Assembly: GCA_947085505.1 (NCBI GenBank)
Contig: CAMTWI010000004.1
Location: 129,800 to 193,799, forward strand
Origin: an uncultured bacterium
GTDB lineage: Bacteria > Patescibacteriota > Minisyncoccia > Phycocordibacterales > Phycocordibacteraceae
Direction of reading: 5' to 3'
Length of the DNA: 64,000 nt
The position numbers and the translations under genes are program-made. Shown here piece after piece: positions 60,461-64,000 of this stretch (positions are counted from its first letter, which is position 1; each line of letters starts with the position of its first letter). The notes under the pieces were generated by a model. The model had not been told where the DNA came from and did not search any database. It saw nothing but the letters and a program-made list of their open reading frames with translations.

Positions 60461-63151
60461 CTAGGCCGCGAAACCTGCCTTTCGGCTTGCTGCTTCTTGA
60501 GGACGGATAAAGACCAACCACTTAGCAAGCTCGATGGTGGCAAGATTTACAATACCGAACCCAACCAAGATCACGACCTGAAGCATTGTTGGTTGCGCGA
60601 TATGAATAAGTGTCTGTAGGAACGGCACATACAGCACCGCGAGGAGCAGTAGTGAGCTTGTGAGAAGAGACACGAGAAGGAATTTATTGGAAAGCAATGG
60701 CAACCTCCACAATGGCGTTCCAAAGCTCTTCATCGAGAACGCCATGAAGATACAGTTCACGGAGACAGCAATAAACATCAAGGTCTGGATTTCAAGAACG
60801 CTCACACTTGTCATGAAGACGAGATACAGATACACCCCAATAAGGGTTAAGGACGTAACCGTACCTACAAGCACAATAAGACGAAGAAGTTTTGGTGAAA
60901 GAACACGGGAAGTTTCTGGATCCTTTGGAGAGCGCTTCATGGCGTCTGGGTACAAAGGCTCAAACGCGAAGGCGAAGTTCATAAGACCTCCTTGGATGAG
61001 GTTGGACCACAGAATTTGAGTAGGAAGTATAGGAAGTGGTAACGCGAAAATAAGCGAAAATGCAATGAGAATAACCTCACTAAAATTGTTTGAAAGCATG
61101 TAGGCAAAAATCTTTCGGAAGTTATCCCGAAGTCGCCTTCCCTCTCGTATAGCGGCATTAATAACGGAAAAGCCATTATCAAGCAGCACCAAATCTGATG
61201 CTTCCTTTGCGACGTCGGTTCCCGATCCTACGGCAATCCCAATAGCAGCGGCCCGCAGTGCTGGCGCATCGTTCACTCCGTCTCCCGTCATTGCTACAAC
61301 TTCTCCGGCATCCTTGAGTACGTTGGCTATCCTGAGCTTTTCTGCAGGAGCGACCCTGGCAAAAACGCTGTGCTCTCTCAACACGGTAACGAGCTCCTTG
61401 TCTGTCAGTTCGGAAAGCTCCATACCCGTATAGACACGCTCGTCAGGACTGAGCGCAATACCAACCGCATGCGCAATGGATAGCGCCGTCTGTGGATTGT
61501 CGCCTGTGAGCATCACAACACGTGCACCGGCTTCTTGCATTTCGCGTATAGCATCCTTTGCTTCAGCACGAATAACATCCGAAAATATGAGCAAGCCCAG
61601 GAATTCGCCATGAGTAAGAACCGAAAGAAGATCTTTCTCGTTCGGAAACGAGCGAGCAGAGAACGGCATACGTGCCGCCGCGATAACTCGTTTTCCGTCT
61701 CGTGCCGCCGATGAGAGTGCGTCTTCAAAATGCGCACGCACCTTTTCTGTCATGGCGTGGGTGGTGCCTCCCTTTCCTGCTACTTTTGTAAACACTTCAA
61801 GAAAGAGCTCCGGCGCGCCCGTAAGATATGCGATGGGTCCGTCCTTTCCTTCGTACAACATCGCACCAAATCTGCGTGAAGAGTCGAAATGAAGTTCATC
61901 GAGTCGAGGGGACTCGGCAAGCAATACATGCTGTGCAATACCATTCTGAAGTCCGAGCGTCACGATTGCTTGCTCAATGGGCCTGCCGTGCACAACCAAC
62001 TTCTCGTCCTCAGACGCATCTTGCCGCTCCTCCACGTACGCGTTTGAGGCCAACACGCCCGCTAGGAGAAGTTGGTGCGCTTCTCCCTCTCTACCTTCGC
62101 GATACGTGTCATTCATTCCAACCAGCGTCTCGAGTGTCATGCGACCCTCGGTCAATGTGCCAGTTTTATCAGTGAGGATGTAGCTCGTTGTACCAAGCGT
62201 CTCAGCAGCAAGAAGGTTTCGCACAAGACCACCTTGCTTCAAAATCCGCTCCATCCCGAGCGCAAGCACGACCGTCACGGCGGCAGGGAGTCCCTCAGGC
62301 ACGCTCGCCACAGCGAGCGCGATTGCTGTAAAGAGAGTCTCTTCAAACGGAAGGTTGCGCAATGCGCCAAGCGCGAGAATACCCGCCAGTATCACTGCCA
62401 CCGCACCAAGCAGCAGGTGTGCTACCTGCCGTATATCACGCATCAACGGTGTTACTGTCTTGTCCTTCGTACCGAGTTCTGCTGCAATCTGGCCAAGCTC
62501 TGTATCTCCTCCCGCTGCCACCACAATTCCCTTTCCGGCTCCGGCAGCGATAAGAGTGCCCGCATACGCCATACCTGCGCGCTCAACAAGTGGAGCCTCA
62601 GGCACTGCGATAGTTGTACTCTTTTCGACGGCCATCCATTCACCAGAGAGCGCCGATTCGTTCACCATGAGCCCATGCGTCTCAATGAGTCGTATGTCAG
62701 CAGGGACGGCATCTCCTGTAGAAAGTGCAACCAGGTCTCCCAGCACAAGTTCCTCGGCAGGTATCCGTTTTGGTTCTCCGTTACGGAACACAACTGCAAA
62801 TTTAGCCTCGCCCTCTTTAAGTGCTTCGAACGCCTTGGACGCCCTCCCCTCCTGAACTAACCCAATGACTACATTTACAAAAAGCGCGATACCAATCACC
62901 ACGGTATCTGTCAGATGACCCAGGAATAGCATCGCGAACACGGCGAGCACAAGCACGAGCGTAATAGGGCTCGTAAACTGTCTTAAGAGCCGTATAAGAA
63001 AGGATTCACGTTCAGGAGCCGGGATGCGGTTTCCGCCTTGTTTAAGACGCGTCGCAGCCTCTTCTGGTGCAAGGCCTCGCTCTAAATCAGTCTTCTGATA
63101 CTCCGCAGTCTCCTCTAGAGAAAGGGCATGCCATGGTCGAGAATCTGCCAT
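60461..63151 (-). CDS. cation-transporting P-type ATPase (P2-type, Ca2+/Mg2+-like)
   Basis: DKTGTLT, TGDGVNDAPAL, 10 TM helices. Start at MADSRPWHAL. Confidence 0.93.
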   Translation of the reverse strand: MADSRPWHALSLEETAEYQKTDLERGLAPEEAATRLKQGGNRIPAPERESFLIRLLRQFTSPITLVLVLAVFAMLFLGHLTDTVVIGIALFVNVVIGLVQEGRASKAFEALKEGEAKFAVVFRNGEPKRIPAEELVLGDLVALSTGDAVPADIRLIETHGLMVNESALSGEWMAVEKSTTIAVPEAPLVERAGMAYAGTLIAAGAGKGIVVAAGGDTELGQIAAELGTKDKTVTPLMRDIRQVAHLLLGAVAVILAGILALGALRNLPFEETLFTAIALAVASVPEGLPAAVTVVLALGMERILKQGGLVRNLLAAETLGTTSYILTDKTGTLTEGRMTLETLVGMNDTYREGREGEAHQLLLAGVLASNAYVEERQDASEDEKLVVHGRPIEQAIVTLGLQNGIAQHVLLAESPRLDELHFDSSRRFGAMLYEGKDGPIAYLTGAPELFLEVFTKVAGKGGTTHAMTEKVRAHFEDALSSAARDGKRVIAAARMPFSARSFPNEKDLLSVLTHGEFLGLLIFSDVIRAEAKDAIREMQEAGARVVMLTGDNPQTALSIAHAVGIALSPDERVYTGMELSELTDKELVTVLREHSVFARVAPAEKLRIANVLKDAGEVVAMTGDGVNDAPALRAAAIGIAVGSGTDVAKEASDLVLLDNGFSVINAAIREGRRLRDNFRKIFAYMLSNNFSEVILIAFSLIFALPLPILPTQILWSNLIQGGLMNFAFAFEPLYPDAMKRSPKDPETSRVLSPKLLRLIVLVGTVTSLTLIGVYLYLVFMTSVSVLEIQTLMFIAVSVNCIFMAFSMKSFGTPLWRLPLLSNKFLLVSLLTSSLLLLAVLYVPFLQTLIHIAQPTMLQVVILVGFGIVNLATIELAKWLVFIRPQEAASRKAGFAA

Positions 63152-63226
63152 CGTCTTCTGAGTATACCCGACTAATATCAAGCCGCGATATGTGGGATAT
63201 TCGGTCTCCCTATATAGAGCCGGAAA

Positions 63227-63235
63227 TGCTACGAT
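63227..63235 (+). promoter_or_regulatory. extended -10 promoter, leaderless start at 63242
   Basis: TGcTACGAT, then 6 nt to the ATG. Confidence 0.5.
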
Positions 63236-63241
63236 TTCCCC

Positions 63242-63697
63242 ATGACCATACACCAAGGAATCAAGGCAGGAATCCCTGACGCGCTACGTGCCAAGGATGA
63301 AGTACGTCTGCGCACCCTCCGATCGCTCACAACCGCCATGACAAACGAAGTTGTAGCGAAAAAACGTAAGCCAGATGAGTTTCTCACCGATGAGGAGGCA
63401 CTAGCGGTACTCAAGCGCGCAAGCAACCAGCGCAAAGATTCTATCGAGCAGTTCGAAGCAGCAGGACGTCATGAACTAGCCATTCCGGAGAAGGAAGAGC
63501 TCGCGGTTATTGAGTCTTTCCTACCTGCTCAGATGAGCACTGAAGAGATTGAGGTAGTCGTTAAGGCCAAGATGGCTGAGGTGGGTATCACTGAAAAGAA
63601 GGATGCGGGTAAATTCACTGGTGCCGTTATGCAGGAACTCAAAGGCAAGGCAGACGGAGGAGCAGTGAAGGCGGTTATCGATTCTCTGCTTAGTTAG
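63242..63697 (+). CDS. GatB/YqeY domain protein
   Basis: Typical YqeY pattern (LRAKDEVRLRTLRSL...AVIESFLP); 151 aa. Confidence 0.85.
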   Translation: MTIHQGIKAGIPDALRAKDEVRLRTLRSLTTAMTNEVVAKKRKPDEFLTDEEALAVLKRASNQRKDSIEQFEAAGRHELAIPEKEELAVIESFLPAQMSTEEIEVVVKAKMAEVGITEKKDAGKFTGAVMQELKGKADGGAVKAVIDSLLS

Positions 63698-63754
63698 CAG
63701 TTGACGATCAGCTGTATCTGATGCATATTCTCCCCAGACAAGGGAGAATTGTTC

Positions 63755-64000
63755 ATGAAAACAGCAGTATGGAGAATTTCAGGCACAGCGCTTCTGCTGA
63801 GCCTACCTGAACTCGATATTGAGAGAACAGTCTGGATTGACTACGTCTCTGAAGACCGGGTTGTATTTCGTACCCAGCATCCTTTTGAACTTGATGATGA
63901 TGTCGTTACGATCGAGTATCGTGGCCACTCATCCAAGGCGAAAGGTCCTGCTCTGTATGACGGCCTCATTTACCAGCCTCTCTATCTGGCCATGAGGCAG
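63755..64000 (+). CDS. 5' part of a hypothetical CDS running off the window
   Basis: ATG 63755 lies 8 nt after AGGGAG. The frame is open for 82 codons to the window end. A TTGACG-17-CATATT promoter candidate lies at 63702-63730. Confidence 0.4.
   Translation, partial: MKTAVWRISGTALLLSLPELDIERTVWIDYVSEDRVVFRTQHPFELDDDVVTIEYRGHSSKAKGPALYDGLIYQPLYLAMRQ

Noticed and set aside
1-64000. Alternative genetic code (UGA recoding, as in some candidate phyla)
   Set aside because: Conserved genes such as dnaK, aaRS genes and dnaB are full length in the standard code. Several end at TGA, with terminators immediately after.

Overview
The window is a gene-dense bacterial segment in the standard genetic code, with about 70 CDS and 2 tRNAs. 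No rRNA, CRISPR array or transposase is visible. The gene content suggests a small-genome, Patescibacteria/CPR-like organism. This rests on many tiny secreted or Cys-rich hypothetical proteins, an AspRS that lacks the usual bacterial insertion domain, and broken-up classical operons. The assignment is inference only. Recognisable content: a grpE-dnaK-dnaJ region; seven aminoacyl-tRNA synthetases (lysS, hisS, tyrS, trpS, aspS, gltX, cysS); tRNA-His and tRNA-Tyr, each near its cognate synthetase; a dcw-type block (PBP5-like carboxypeptidase, mraY, ftsW, murG); scpA/scpB, uppP, pepA, hutH, lexA, alkA, dnaB, recR, rmuC, corA and ctpA; a P-type ATPase; and rplU, rpmA and rplI. The most unusual structure is at 37.5-41.0 kb. 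Seven small-gene cassettes lie between an M23 peptidase gene and alkA, and each intergenic gap holds one co-oriented copy of a 31-nt box. Four copies extend into near-identical predicted promoter modules, and the genes downstream of them end in their own terminators. Other notable points:
- An ORF-poor, hairpin-dense stretch of about 0.7 kb after lexA, containing a compact sRNA candidate.
- A recurrent (TGn)TAnnnT-N6/7-ATG arrangement implying leaderless mRNAs for many housekeeping genes.
- A LAGLIDADG endonuclease ORF wedged between tyrS and tRNA-Tyr and overlapping the tRNA.
- A terminator-containing leader upstream of a GNAT gene.
- An orphan hutH cluster between hisS and tRNA-His.
All calls come from reading the sequence and the ORF track. 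No database search was run.
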